DNA of 64,000 nt from an uncultured Lachnospiraceae bacterium. Lineage in GTDB: Bacteria > Bacillota > Clostridia > UBA1381. Shown piece by piece: positions 1 to 10,108 of the stretch. Both the position numbers and the translations under genes were made by a program. Within the stretch, counting starts at the first letter, position 1. Every line of letters begins with the position of its first letter. The notes under the pieces were generated by a model. The model made no database searches and had not been told where the DNA came from. It was given only the letters and a program-made list of their open reading frames with translations. The stretch lies in contig CAYRCC010000002.1 in the NCBI GenBank assembly GCA_964422725.1, positions 28,694 through 92,693 on the forward strand. The letters run 5' to 3'.

Positions 1-808
1 GAATTTCATCGTTTGCATGCTGAATAGGCATATCGATGTAATTGCATATTTTGTCATATTTGGACATTGTTTCTATTAATTCGTCCGTCACTGCCTCGGT
101 ATAGAAATAGTGCAGTCTTATCCAGTCTATTTTCTCTATTTTACAAAGCTCCTCCAGCAATACATCAAGCGAGTATTTACCGTACAAATCCTTTCCGTAA
201 CGCGTGGTGTCCTGTGCGATTATAATAAGCTCCCTGACTCCGCCGTCCGCGAGTCTTTGAGCCTCATTTACAATATCTTCAATTTTTCTGCTTCGGAATT
301 TACCTCTTATCATAGGTATTGCACAATATGTGCAGTTATTGTTACAACCGTCCGCAATTTTCAAATATGCGCTGTGCGGCGGTGTGGTCAGGATTCTCGG
401 CAGTCCCTCAGCAACATCGCGGTCCTTATGACCGAATACAATGCTCCTTTCGCCGTTAAAGGCACGGTTTATTGTATCCGCAATCGCATCATAGTCACCC
501 GTACCCAAAAGCGCATCAACCTCCGGCAGTTCTTCCATCAGCTGTGTGTTGTAACGCTCCGCAAGGCAACCCGTCGCAATAAGCAGTCTACAGCGACCTT
601 TTTTATATTCCGCCATTTCCAATATCGTATCAATTGATTCCTGTTTTGCCGATTCGATAAAGCCACACGTATTTACTATAATAACGTCGGCGTTCTGCGG
701 CTGTGCAACTATTTTATGTCCGCTGCCGGCTAAAAGTCCGAGCATAATTTCCGAATCCGTCTGGTTTTTCGCGCAGCCAAGCGACACAATTCCTATATTA
801 TATCCCAT
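1..808 (-). CDS. rimO: Radical-SAM methylthiotransferase, RimO-like. About 269 N-terminal codons are present and the 3' end runs off the window. It is absent from the supplied ORF track.
   Basis: Reverse-strand translation from the ATG at 808-806 reads MGYNIGIVSLGCAKNQTDSEIMLGLL. The reverse complement of about 320-360 reads DGCNNNCTYCAIP, a CxxxCxxC radical-SAM motif. The start overlaps the recX stop by 11 nt. Confidence 0.8.
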   Translation of the reverse strand, partial: MGYNIGIVSLGCAKNQTDSEIMLGLLAGSGHKIVAQPQNADVIIVNTCGFIESAKQESIDTILEMAEYKKGRCRLLIATGCLAERYNTQLMEELPEVDALLGTGDYDAIADTINRAFNGERSIVFGHKDRDVAEGLPRILTTPPHSAYLKIADGCNNNCTYCAIPMIRGKFRSRKIEDIVNEAQRLADGGVRELIIIAQDTTRYGKDLYGKYSLDVLLEELCKIEKIDWIRLHYFYTEAVTDELIETMSKYDKICNYIDMPIQHANDEI

Positions 809-1259
809 TTTCCGCTTCCTCTCTGACTAAATCTATACACTTAAAAATATCTCCGACACTGTATCCGCGGTTTGCAAAATATCTGACGGTTCTGTCAATA
901 TTCTTTCTTTCAAAGTCACCGCCGAGCTTGTTCTCCACAAGCGGATACAAGGTCTGTGTTTCGTCTGTTTCCAGTTCTTCAACGGTATCGGCGATAATTG
1001 AGCTGTCAATACCTTTTTGCGCAAGCTCTTGCTTTATTCTGTGTTTGCCGAATTTCTTATTCTCACTTAAATGTTCGGCAAAAATTCTCGCATATTCACG
1101 GTCATTTACTATGCCGTAATCTTCCAAATCAGCAATAACAGCATCGGCAATTTCAGGCTCCGCACCTTTTTGTATAAGCTTACGCTTTAAGTCATACGCC
1201 GAATGTATACGTATATCCAGTATACATAATGCACGCTCTCTTGCCTGTTCAAAATCCAT
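798..1259 (-). CDS. recX: Regulatory protein RecX
   Basis: ORF 798..1322. The RecX-like three-helix-repeat sequence begins MDFEQARERALCILDIRIHSAYDLKRKL. An internal ATG at 1259 is preceded by GAGGAAAG, so the upstream 21 codons are probably not translated. Confidence 0.8.
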   Translation of the reverse strand: MDFEQARERALCILDIRIHSAYDLKRKLIQKGAEPEIADAVIADLEDYGIVNDREYARIFAEHLSENKKFGKHRIKQELAQKGIDSSIIADTVEELETDETQTLYPLVENKLGGDFERKNIDRTVRYFANRGYSVGDIFKCIDLVREEAENGI

Positions 1260-1383
1260 AACCGCTTTCCTCGTTTTCACCATATTTGCGGAACAATCTG
1301 CCCCACAATAAATATTATACATTCAAATCGCAATTATTGCAACTGTTTTTAATGTTTGGCTGTGCAAAAAAGCTCAAACGGAA

Positions 1384-1431
1384 AATGCAGAGCATACTTG
1401 CCCGCAATCGCCGGCAAATACACTCTGCATT
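1384..1431 (-). terminator. Possible terminator hairpin at the end of the glycan operon
   Basis: AATGCAGAG (1384-1392) and CTCTGCATT (1423-1431) form an inverted repeat with an imperfect inner GC stem. On the minus strand it is followed by TTTCCGTTTG. Confidence 0.35.
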
Positions 1432-1613
1432 ATTTATTTCGATTTACTTGTGCCGCAGCCGCCGTCACGCAATTTCATTTACTCCCAACCATTGACAAAT
1501 AGCCCAACAAATATTTTTCAAGCAAACTATATATTTTTCTATAAAACAAAAATGCTTGCAAGAACATTTTTGCACAATCGACAATAAAAGCCGCCGACTG
1601 ACAGCACTGAGCA

Positions 1614-2600
1614 TCAACTGTTATGAGCACATTTAACCATATCTCCGACTAAATCTTTATACATTTCTTCCAATATCTTTGTCGGTTTCCAGCCAAGCCG
1701 CCGCAGTTTATCCGAGGACAGCCTGAGTTCTGTTGCGGGTGCGTAACCATACCTTGCTGAATTTTCGGTTTCATATACAACACTGATTTTACCGTCTGCA
1801 AGCTTTTCCGCAACTAACTGTGCCATTTCGCGTATTCGCATTGTGTTTTCCTCGTTCACCACATTGTACACTTCACCGTTCTCCCCTTTATGCAATATAG
1901 TAAATATCGCATTTACAACATCTTCGGAAGCACAGTAGTTTCCCATCGACATTCCCAAAGTTCTGAGCACAATATCCTTGTTTTCAATCACCGCCCTTGC
2001 AAACTGTACAAAAACACGGTTATCCCCCTGCAAAACTCCCTTTCCGAAAGTCTGCGCAAGACGTGCAATTCTCACCGGAACTCCATACTCCTGACAGTAA
2101 ATATGGCAATAATGTTCAGCCATACGTTTTCCCATCGAATAACAGCTGCGCACCGAACTTAAATCAATACTTCCAAGCTGTTCTTCCGAACGTGCCGTTC
2201 CCGTATCTTCAACCAAACCATAAACCTCCATTGACGATACGTACACCATCGCTTTAACCTTCTTTGCTCTTGCAAACTCCAATACACTCTGTGTTCCCAA
2301 AACTATTCCGTTTGCCACCTCAACAGGCTTTTCAACCATTTCGGACGATTTGGTGACCGATGCGCAATGAATTATGTAATCTATATGGTTTTCAATATCG
2401 GCGCTGTTAATTTTTTCGACTGACGTATTTATAAATTCCAATCTTAAATTATCATATTCCGAATACATAAACTCCGCTTTCTTTATATCACGCACAGGCA
2501 ATATTATTCTTGCGTTTTCATATTCATCTAAAATCCTATCAACCAATAAATGTCCTATAAAACCGGTCGCGCCGGTAATCAAAAACACAGTATTATTCAT
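1614..2600 (-). CDS. NAD-dependent sugar epimerase/dehydratase (extended SDR)
   Basis: N-terminal LITGATGFIGHLL (GxxGxxG) and catalytic YSMGK (YxxxK). 328 aa. There is a 4-nt stop/start overlap with the upstream gene. Confidence 0.85.
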   Translation of the reverse strand: MNNTVFLITGATGFIGHLLVDRILDEYENARIILPVRDIKKAEFMYSEYDNLRLEFINTSVEKINSADIENHIDYIIHCASVTKSSEMVEKPVEVANGIVLGTQSVLEFARAKKVKAMVYVSSMEVYGLVEDTGTARSEEQLGSIDLSSVRSCYSMGKRMAEHYCHIYCQEYGVPVRIARLAQTFGKGVLQGDNRVFVQFARAVIENKDIVLRTLGMSMGNYCASEDVVNAIFTILHKGENGEVYNVVNEENTMRIREMAQLVAEKLADGKISVVYETENSARYGYAPATELRLSSDKLRRLGWKPTKILEEMYKDLVGDMVKCAHNS

Positions 2601-3817
2601 ATATGCTTTACCTCAATATTATCCCAGCCGTCTAACCCAAAAAAATCTATAACTTTCCACTTCGTATCACTGTAACAGCAATCGGGATACAAAGCCGTCT
2701 TTTTACATTCCGCCTCTTTTATAACATCACATACTCCGCTCCTAACACCTATAAAAGTCCCGGCATATTCAACCGCTGACTTCAGTTCATCTAACGGCAC
2801 TCTTAATTCGGCCGTTTCGGCAAGTGCCTCTTCTTCACCGGTTACATTGGTAAAAATTTTATATCCCATATTTTTATAATGAGAAATAATTTTAAACCAA
2901 ATATCCTTATCAATTCCGGCTACAGACTTTGAATAAGGTGCCAAAATAACAGTTTTTCCTTGGCTGATTATATCCAAACCGCGGAATTTTTTACAGGCTG
3001 TCGGTTTCTGCGGTACTGACTCTTTATCCAATCCATACACGCCATATTTATAAAAATCTTCAAACTTTATAAACTTAACCTTTAACGCCTGAATCATTTT
3101 ATTGGTATAGGGTCTGTCGTGATGAGCTATAAATGCATTTTTTTCATCAGTATACAGCACAGCCTGTACCAATTCGTCCATTTCATTTTGCAAAATCGTC
3201 ATTACATTCCCGACACCGAACATCTTGACAATTCTGCCGCACGCATTTCCTACGGCAATAACGGTGTAATCAAAAATATTGTTTTTATCCAAATAATATT
3301 TCAAATATGACATCGCATAGTATACATCACCCAACGCATTAAACGGACATAATATCAAAAAGCTGTTTTTATACTCTCGTTTTATACTTTCAAGCAGTGC
3401 AATTCCTCGTTTTACTCTCTTGTACTTTTTGTCAACTACATTCCGGGAAAGTGAATATTCCGAGAATGTATTGTATTCTACAACCTTTTCTATATCTCCT
3501 TTATAACCGATGTCGCTAAGCTGCTTCACCATTGCCGCATACGCTCTCGATGCAATACAGACAACAGACTGCTTGGAATTATCCGACATTACAGTCTGCG
3601 GCGGAACAATCGGAACACTTTCGTATGAACTGCCGTGTTTGGCTATGTTGTTGTCAAGTATGGCAACAGGAGTATAACCGTAAAACACAAGCATTTTCAC
3701 CAATTCCTCGGTAGCATTGCAGTGTCCGAAAAGATATATGCTTTTACCCGCAAACCCATTTTCGCGTATTAACGATTCAACATTAGTTTTCATTTCATCA
3801 TAGTGCTGTTTATCCAT
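2597..3817 (-). CDS. Putative glycosyltransferase with an N-terminal Rossmann-like module and a GT9-like (heptosyltransferase-like, GT-B) body. Paralog of 13675..15051.
   Basis: LCPFNALGDVYYAMSYL resembles the GT9 LGD motif. The C-terminal TVILAPYSKS...GYKIFTNV...AGTFIGVRSGVCDV parallels TVLVSPYAGH...GFTVCTNC...AGYFVGVRSGFCDL in the paralog. The family assignment is tentative. Confidence 0.55.
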   Translation of the reverse strand: MDKQHYDEMKTNVESLIRENGFAGKSIYLFGHCNATEELVKMLVFYGYTPVAILDNNIAKHGSSYESVPIVPPQTVMSDNSKQSVVCIASRAYAAMVKQLSDIGYKGDIEKVVEYNTFSEYSLSRNVVDKKYKRVKRGIALLESIKREYKNSFLILCPFNALGDVYYAMSYLKYYLDKNNIFDYTVIAVGNACGRIVKMFGVGNVMTILQNEMDELVQAVLYTDEKNAFIAHHDRPYTNKMIQALKVKFIKFEDFYKYGVYGLDKESVPQKPTACKKFRGLDIISQGKTVILAPYSKSVAGIDKDIWFKIISHYKNMGYKIFTNVTGEEEALAETAELRVPLDELKSAVEYAGTFIGVRSGVCDVIKEAECKKTALYPDCCYSDTKWKVIDFFGLDGWDNIEVKHI

Positions 3818-3820
3818 AAC

Positions 3821-4120
3821 TCACCCATTTATAACCAACTTTAACAGTTCATTACTGTTTATAATTTTCGTATTATACAAATTCCAAAGTCCGACAAAGC
3901 GACTTTCCGTTGCCGAAATGACAATAATTTTATCCGTAAATTCGTATAACGTATACAAACGTTTGATATCTTCATTATTTTCCTCAAACAGAATCAATAT
4001 GTCATCACCGACAAATTTGTCTTTTTTGCATACTTTGAACCATTTACAAACAACTTCATCAGTTAAAATAACTATTTTTCTGTATTTATTTACGCACAAT
4101 TCAATTTCGGATATATTCAT
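3821..4120 (-). CDS. Small hypothetical protein (99 aa), partner of the downstream GT9-like gene
   Basis: The ORF is tightly packed, with a 3-nt gap to the next gene. LILFEENNEDIKRLY resembles VLIFPENDEELINCI in the 146-aa ORF at 15051..15491. Confidence 0.5.
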   Translation of the reverse strand: MNISEIELCVNKYRKIVILTDEVVCKWFKVCKKDKFVGDDILILFEENNEDIKRLYTLYEFTDKIIVISATESRFVGLWNLYNTKIINSNELLKLVING

Positions 4121-4147
4121 ATTATAATGTTCCTTTTTAATTAACGC

Positions 4148-5036
4148 TTATTTCACAAATTCAAACACAATATAATCGCTTAATCCCTTTTCTTCCAAAT
4201 TCGCTTTCCATAATTCGTCCAAACCCTTTGATATAAAACTATACTCCTTATGTCTTCCGGGACACTTATTTTTCATCCAATAAACAAAATTACCCAATCC
4301 ATACCTCTGATAATACTTACAAACATAATTATCTATTCCGCAGAATTTCGCGATTACATCAAAACTCCCTTCACCAAGCACCCAAGGATGCTGAGTTGAA
4401 AACAGAAACGATTCATAATCACTTCCCAACAATTCACGCATAACAGGCGCATCGGTAGGCGTACCGATTATGGCTTTTCCCCCCTTTTTTAACAGCTCAT
4501 ATATTTCCCACACAAACAATTTCGGGTCTTGAATATGCTCAATTACATCAAACGAAACGATTACATCTATTTTACCTTTATAATCTTTTAATGCATCTCT
4601 TGAATAACTAAATACCCCCCCGATAACCTTTATTTTCCATTTCCGCTTTGTATGCATTTGACGGCTCAATCGCAATTATTTCTTTTGCCACAGTATTTAT
4701 ATAGTCCAAAAAAGCTCCGCCGCCGCAACCGACATCAGCCACTATTTTATTTCTGAAAATCTCTGTACCTGTAATTCTGAATTTATCCATACTTTCACTG
4801 TCATGCGCAGAATAAAATTTTTCTATTTCGGAGGTACCTTCCAATTTCTCTCTGTACTCTTTACTTTCGTAATAAGTCTTATAATCTTCTTCCAAGTCAA
4901 TATGCCATATCGTTTTACACTTATTGCATTGGTACATATTTACTTCTTCTTTATAATAATTTCCTACTTTTCCGTCACGTATTTTTCCTGTATACGTAAT
5001 TTTAGTATCTTGACTGTCACACAATTTACAATTCAT
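4148..5036 (-). pseudogene. Class I SAM-dependent methyltransferase with an N-terminal zinc ribbon, split into two ORFs by a +1 frameshift in a G7 tract
   Basis: ORF 4608..5054 carries CKLCDS...CNKC and the SAM motif VADVGCGGGAF. ORF 4148..4675 carries the post-I motifs DVIVSFDVIEHIQDP...LLKKGGKAIIG. The frames switch exactly at the C7 run at 4615-4621 (G7 on the coding strand). With G6 the reading would be ...ENKGYRGVFSYSRD... in one frame. Confidence 0.7.
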
Positions 5037-5062
5037 AATCATGCTCCTTTGCATTGTAAAAA

Positions 5063-6199
5063 TTATATACTGTCAGGCATGGCATACATTATTGTATCGC
5101 CCGACGAATACATATAATGCCTCAAATAGACCTTATAATTACATTTCAACAATTTAATAAAATTGTATAAAACCAATAAATCATCTTGCAAATGATATGC
5201 ACAAATTGCAAGAATCGGTTTATTTGCTTCAATTACGTCCCTCGCGCCCTCCAATGCATTTCGCTCCGCGCCTTCAATATCAAGCTTAATAAAACTTACT
5301 TTTGAACAAGCAATATCATCTATTTTTTCCGTTATAATACTCTTTTCCGCCACTGTTTCGTCATGCACTTGTCCCGACAGCCCTTGACCGCTAAATGAGA
5401 TATGTTTTCCGCTTTCATTCCACAATGCGGATTTATGCAATTGAACATTATGAGGTTTGTAATTGCTGATTTTTCCCTGTATTTTTTGATAATTCTTTTC
5501 TTCAGCCTCGTAACAATGCAAATTAAGAACAACGTCTTTCCCGAGCTCATTAATAAAATATTCAACCGTGTCACCATCAAACGCACCGCCGTCAACTATT
5601 ACACCATTTACAATATAACTTTTTGCATTTTCTGTCAGCACGTCATCATCTGTATATATTTTACTGCAAGATTTTATTTCTTTTAAATATCTTTTTTCTC
5701 TCGTTAATCTGTAATTCAAAATTCCTTCCAACGTATTTTTAGATACTTCGTCTGCCAATCCGCCATACAGCATTTCAAAAGCATCATAATTGTTACTAAT
5801 ATAATCATACTCTGATGACTCATATATCATATTGGTGGTTTCCCATGCCATACTCGTCAATAAATCATATGTTCTATTTAGCAGTTTATCGTCATATTCC
5901 TCTATTTGACATCGAATTTCTTCCATCCACATTGAAGCAATTACAATTGCAGCATCAGGATATTTCCCCATACATTCCTCAAAAGAATATACCATAACTC
6001 CTAATTTTTTCCGTCCTTGCTTTGCCGGATAATTATCCGCAAAACAATTCACTTTAATATTATACTTTTTCAGTATGTTAAATACATATTCGCCGCTCTG
6101 ACCCGCTCCAAATATAATTATATTAGGATATTTATTCAATTTTTTCAATATACCGTCGCCAATTATATTTTTTTCAAATTTATTAAATTCTAAATTCAT
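5063..6199 (-). CDS. FkbM-family methyltransferase with an N-terminal Rossmann-like module
   Basis: VDGGAFDGDTVEYF and FIKLDIEGAERNALEGA...PILAICAYH are FkbM signatures. The N-terminus reads IIIFGAGQSGEYVFNILKK...CFADNYPAKQG. The likely start is MNLEFNKF at 6199, after AAGGAA. The longer ORF to 6331 overlaps the upstream gene. Confidence 0.8.
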   Translation of the reverse strand: MNLEFNKFEKNIIGDGILKKLNKYPNIIIFGAGQSGEYVFNILKKYNIKVNCFADNYPAKQGRKKLGVMVYSFEECMGKYPDAAIVIASMWMEEIRCQIEEYDDKLLNRTYDLLTSMAWETTNMIYESSEYDYISNNYDAFEMLYGGLADEVSKNTLEGILNYRLTREKRYLKEIKSCSKIYTDDDVLTENAKSYIVNGVIVDGGAFDGDTVEYFINELGKDVVLNLHCYEAEEKNYQKIQGKISNYKPHNVQLHKSALWNESGKHISFSGQGLSGQVHDETVAEKSIITEKIDDIACSKVSFIKLDIEGAERNALEGARDVIEANKPILAICAYHLQDDLLVLYNFIKLLKCNYKVYLRHYMYSSGDTIMYAMPDSI

Positions 6200-6218
6200 A
6201 AAAAACATCATTCCTTGC

Positions 6219-7352
6219 CTATTTCCTATGTACAGCATACAAAACTGTTTCTGACTGTCCATATCTATATTGCCGTATATAATATTCATACGTTTTTGGC
6301 AATATTTCCTCAATAAGCAACGGAATATCAAAAAAGTCTTCCGGTTTATGATAAATACATATTGCCAATACGGGCTTATCTCGCTGTATAATCTGACGCG
6401 AACCTAATAATGCCTTATGCTCCGCTCCTTCTATATCCATTTTTATAAAACCTATTTTATTTTCATATATCAAATTATCCAATGAGTTGCATTGAACAAC
6501 GTTACCGTGATCACTAATTCTGCAGCCCTCGCCATTTCCAAAATTGTCTGTATCAAAATATAAACTTCCTTCTTTATCCCATACAGCATATTTTAAAGTA
6601 AGAATATTTTTATTGTCGATATTTTTAGCACATTCATTTAACCTAAAGTATGATTTCTCCGCTGCTTCTAAACAAATATATAAATCATTCCACTCCGGAA
6701 ACTTTTCAAAAAAAATGTTCATTGTATCACCGACATATGCACCGGCATCTACAAACGCACCCGACCAATTGCAATTTTTCAATATATCCATATCAAAATA
6801 TTGCTCTGTTTCTTCAGAAATATACTCCTTCATAGTATTCAGCCAAGCCATATCCTTAGATATTCTATAATTCAACAAATTTCTGAAAATCACTTTTGAC
6901 TTTTCATCAGCCAATATTTTGTAAACATTTGCAAAACTTTCATAATTATTTTTTATAAAAGCTAAATCTTCATTTGATTTCAAAGACATACCTGCCGGTT
7001 GAAAATAGTACAAATCATCTTTGCAAACTCCTTGTTTTTCTAACTGCAGTGATATTTCGTTATATGCTGTACTTGAAATTATAATTAAACAACCTAAATT
7101 ATCCTTTATTTTATCGGGAGAAATAACCGTAATACCCTCCCAACAACCTCCTATTTTTTCTTTACTGTTATCGCTATATGCAATTACCTTATCAAGCATA
7201 TTCGCTTTACGTAATATTTCCGCTGTTATCCTCCCACCGATTCCGGCACCAAAAATTATTACTTTCGCATACTTAGCTGCCTTTTCCAAAAGAGCCTTCT
7301 CATACTCTTCAGTACCATCATTCCAAACAATAAAATCCTTTAATTCTTCCAT
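6219..7352 (-). CDS. FkbM-family methyltransferase, tandem paralog of 5063..6199
   Basis: VDAGAYVGDTMNIF and FIKMDIEGAEHKALLGS...PVLAICIYH. The N-terminus reads VIIFGAGIGGRITAEILRK...AYSDNSKEKIG. The start MEELKDF at 7352 is preceded by AAGGAG with a 9-nt spacer. Confidence 0.8.
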   Translation of the reverse strand: MEELKDFIVWNDGTEEYEKALLEKAAKYAKVIIFGAGIGGRITAEILRKANMLDKVIAYSDNSKEKIGGCWEGITVISPDKIKDNLGCLIIISSTAYNEISLQLEKQGVCKDDLYYFQPAGMSLKSNEDLAFIKNNYESFANVYKILADEKSKVIFRNLLNYRISKDMAWLNTMKEYISEETEQYFDMDILKNCNWSGAFVDAGAYVGDTMNIFFEKFPEWNDLYICLEAAEKSYFRLNECAKNIDNKNILTLKYAVWDKEGSLYFDTDNFGNGEGCRISDHGNVVQCNSLDNLIYENKIGFIKMDIEGAEHKALLGSRQIIQRDKPVLAICIYHKPEDFFDIPLLIEEILPKTYEYYIRQYRYGQSETVLYAVHRK

Positions 7353-7365
7353 CAATATAAACTCC

Positions 7366-8016
7366 TTAAATATGCAGCACATTATCCGCTATTATGCGTG
7401 CAAATTCCAAATCTTCTTCCGTATCTATATCAACAGCCTCAATTTCTCCGACTTCCTGAATATACGGCTTAAATCCTATTCGCCGACCATACTTTTTCCA
7501 TAGTTCTTTTGAAAAAATAAAAAATCCGCTTGTTTCGGCATAAACAGGCTCTAAATCTTGCGTTTTCGGCACTTCCTCAATTTCATAATTTATCGGTTTT
7601 CCCTCAAACCAAGCAAATGTTTGCAGTTTTTTTGCAGTAAATGCGGAATCATATCCTTCATATAATACTTTGTGAAGCGCATTTTTAAGCGTTTCTTTCT
7701 TTATGAACGGCGCAGTCGTAAGCAATGCAATATATATATCCGCATCAACATCATTCAAAAATGCAGTATATGTATCCTTTGCTCTTATTTCGTCACCGTC
7801 AAGCCATTCTCCTCTTTTTAAGAAGTCAGCCCCATTCGGAATATATTCTTTAATTTTCTCGTTACTGCAATAAACTATAACCTCGTCAATTTCGTCAATA
7901 CCCAACGCCGTATCCAAGCAATGATAGCAAAGAGGTTTGTGTCCAAGCATCTGAATATTCTTATGCGGAACACGTACACTATTCATTTTTATCGTTGCAA
8001 ACGCTACTATCTTCAT
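7366..8016 (-). CDS. Cytidylyltransferase of the NeuA/KdsB superfamily; candidate CMP-Kdo or CMP-ulosonic acid synthetase
   Basis: The N-terminal KIVAFATIKMNSVRVPHKNIQMLGHKPLCYHCLDTAL matches the R-x-P-x-KN...GKPL motif of acylneuraminate/Kdo cytidylyltransferases. 216 aa. Confidence 0.75.
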   Translation of the reverse strand: MKIVAFATIKMNSVRVPHKNIQMLGHKPLCYHCLDTALGIDEIDEVIVYCSNEKIKEYIPNGADFLKRGEWLDGDEIRAKDTYTAFLNDVDADIYIALLTTAPFIKKETLKNALHKVLYEGYDSAFTAKKLQTFAWFEGKPINYEIEEVPKTQDLEPVYAETSGFFIFSKELWKKYGRRIGFKPYIQEVGEIEAVDIDTEEDLEFARIIADNVLHI

Positions 8017-8023
8017 AAATTCT

Positions 8024-8689
8024 TCACAACACTTTCATAATTTCATCTATACGTTCTTTATAATTTCTATCTCCGTTAAACAGAGCCGCCGTTCCCAAAA
8101 CAAAGTTCTTTACTCCGATTTTACTGAGTCTTTGTATTCGCTCTGTATTGCACGCACCATCCATACCAATTTCAAATTGATAATCCTCTTTCAATTCCAA
8201 CAATTTTTTGATTTTATTCTCCGCATACGGCAAATACATCTGACCGGCATTTCCGGGATTCACTCCCATAACCATAACTCGGTTTGTTACGTTCAGCAAC
8301 TCTACTATCGACTCAACAGATGTTCCGGGATTCAAAACTATACCCGCCTCAGCTCCAAACTCACCTATTTTTTGAAGGGTAGTTATCGCATGATACTCGG
8401 ATTCCGGATGTATATAAATTATATCCGCGCCGCAATCTATAAAAAGCTCAATATATTTCATAGGATTTTCTATCATCAAATGCACTTCGGTCTGCAATTT
8501 GGTCGTTTTGCAAATATATTTAATATCCTGTAAACCCATTCCGAAATTAGATACATATTGTCCGTCCATTATATCCAAATGCAATATATCAGCACCGGCA
8601 TCTTCTAATTTTCCGATTTCATTATGTAAATTACCGAAATCCGCGCACATCATTGACGGACAAAGATTAATATTTTTACAATTCATCAT
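8024..8689 (-). CDS. rpe: Ribulose-phosphate 3-epimerase family protein
   Basis: CPSMMCADFGNLHNEIGKLEDAGADILHLDIMDGQYVSNFGMG and VMGVNPGNAGQ are typical Rpe TIM-barrel motifs. Confidence 0.85.
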   Translation of the reverse strand: MMNCKNINLCPSMMCADFGNLHNEIGKLEDAGADILHLDIMDGQYVSNFGMGLQDIKYICKTTKLQTEVHLMIENPMKYIELFIDCGADIIYIHPESEYHAITTLQKIGEFGAEAGIVLNPGTSVESIVELLNVTNRVMVMGVNPGNAGQMYLPYAENKIKKLLELKEDYQFEIGMDGACNTERIQRLSKIGVKNFVLGTAALFNGDRNYKERIDEIMKVL

Positions 8690-8690
8690 C

Positions 8691-9191
8691 TTACTCTATA
8701 TACTTCTCCTTTATCAACCATTCAATAAAATCTCTCACCGCACCGTTTCCGCCTTTAACGGATGAAATATGCTCACACAATTTTCTTACCTCGGAAACAG
8801 CATTTCTGGGACACGCTCTTACTCCGCACAATTTCATTGCCGGCACATCAATCATATCATCTCCGATATACGCCATATTCCTTGTATCACATTGCAATTC
8901 TTCCGATAATTGCTTTATTGCGGCTTCCTTATCCTTTACACCCTGCAATATATAGTCTATTTCCAATTCTTTCGCGCGATTTAAAACTATATCGGACTTT
9001 CTGCCCGTCATTATTACGGTTTTAACTCCATACTCAGGCAACATCTCGTGTATTCCGTACCCGTCCTTGATATCAAAAGCCTTAAACATTTCTCCGTTTT
9101 GACCCATATATATCTTTCCGTCAGTCATTGTCCCGTCTACGTCCATAATAAAGACTTTTATTTTTGTTTCTTCTGCCTTTCTTCTACTCAT
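8691..9191 (-). CDS. kdsC: KdsC-type HAD-IIIA phosphatase (3-deoxy-manno-octulosonate-8-phosphate phosphatase-like)
   Basis: FIMDVDGTMTDGKIYMGQNGEMFKAFDIKDGYGI...MTGRKS...YIGDDMIDVPAM carries the DxDG, KxF-DG and GDD motifs of the KdsC family. Confidence 0.8.
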   Translation of the reverse strand: MSRRKAEETKIKVFIMDVDGTMTDGKIYMGQNGEMFKAFDIKDGYGIHEMLPEYGVKTVIMTGRKSDIVLNRAKELEIDYILQGVKDKEAAIKQLSEELQCDTRNMAYIGDDMIDVPAMKLCGVRACPRNAVSEVRKLCEHISSVKGGNGAVRDFIEWLIKEKYIE

Positions 9192-9195
9192 TCTG

Positions 9196-10089
9196 TCATT
9201 TCAACCTCGCAATAATTGCATCATTTATCATCATATTTTCAATCTTCTCATCAGGAAACAGCAGCACCGTCATACCGCCCGAAATACTGCACCCCTCTGC
9301 CGCTCCGACACCGTCCAGTACAGATAAACACTCAATCTTTTCGCTTTCATTTTTATAGCAAGAAATATCCTTCTTTCGGCATATTTCATATTTGACTTCG
9401 CTTATCCATTTATCATTTACAACTATCTCTTTTCTCGACATTCTTTCCGGTTTAATTGCCTGTACCGCTTTTTCTATATGCAATTCTCGCATATTACCAT
9501 TACTGTCTTTTCTGAAATAATCATAAAATCTATATGTAAAATCACTGCCATATTCAATTTCATAGACAAAGCTTCCGGCAGTCATCGCATGCAGAGTTCC
9601 GGCTTCAACGCAAACATATTCATCTTTTTCCACCGGATAATGCGTTGTTATTTTTTCCATCTCACCATTTTCCACCGCTTTGACAACCTCAGTCTTTGTT
9701 TTACACTCACACCCGTTATATATCCATCCGTCCACCGGCGGCTGTAAAAAAATCCACGACTCCAATTTGCCAATCTTTTTGCCTTCAAGCAAAGCTGCGG
9801 TTTCATCATCAGGATGAACCTGTATACTCAAATGCTCTTTTGCCTCTACCAATGCAACAGTCAGCGGAAACTCTTCATATTCTTCCAGATTCCACTTTTT
9901 CTTATCTCTTTTGAATACATCATATAAGCTTTTACCTCTATCCTTGCCGTTCAATACAGTATTAGACATACTTTTATGCCCATTCACCATATACAAATGT
10001 CCAATCGGCTTATCAAAATCTTCCCTGTATTTTTTGAGTATATCTCCGCCCCATATAGTTTCGTGGCATACAGATTGCAATATAATCAT
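9196..10089 (-). CDS. Type I phosphomannose isomerase
   Basis: HETIWGG near the N-terminus and LSIQVHPDDETA (metal-binding cupin motif). Confidence 0.8.
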   Translation of the reverse strand: MIILQSVCHETIWGGDILKKYREDFDKPIGHLYMVNGHKSMSNTVLNGKDRGKSLYDVFKRDKKKWNLEEYEEFPLTVALVEAKEHLSIQVHPDDETAALLEGKKIGKLESWIFLQPPVDGWIYNGCECKTKTEVVKAVENGEMEKITTHYPVEKDEYVCVEAGTLHAMTAGSFVYEIEYGSDFTYRFYDYFRKDSNGNMRELHIEKAVQAIKPERMSRKEIVVNDKWISEVKYEICRKKDISCYKNESEKIECLSVLDGVGAAEGCSISGGMTVLLFPDEKIENMMINDAIIARLK

Positions 10090-10108
10090 TTTCTATCTCC
10101 ATCAATCT

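Noticed and set aside
110-637. 175-aa plus-strand ORF in the supplied track
   Set aside because: It is antisense to a clear RimO-like radical-SAM gene (CxxxCxxC motif and an SLGCAKNQTDSE N-terminus on the minus strand). Its translation is low-complexity with no motif, so it is a shadow ORF.
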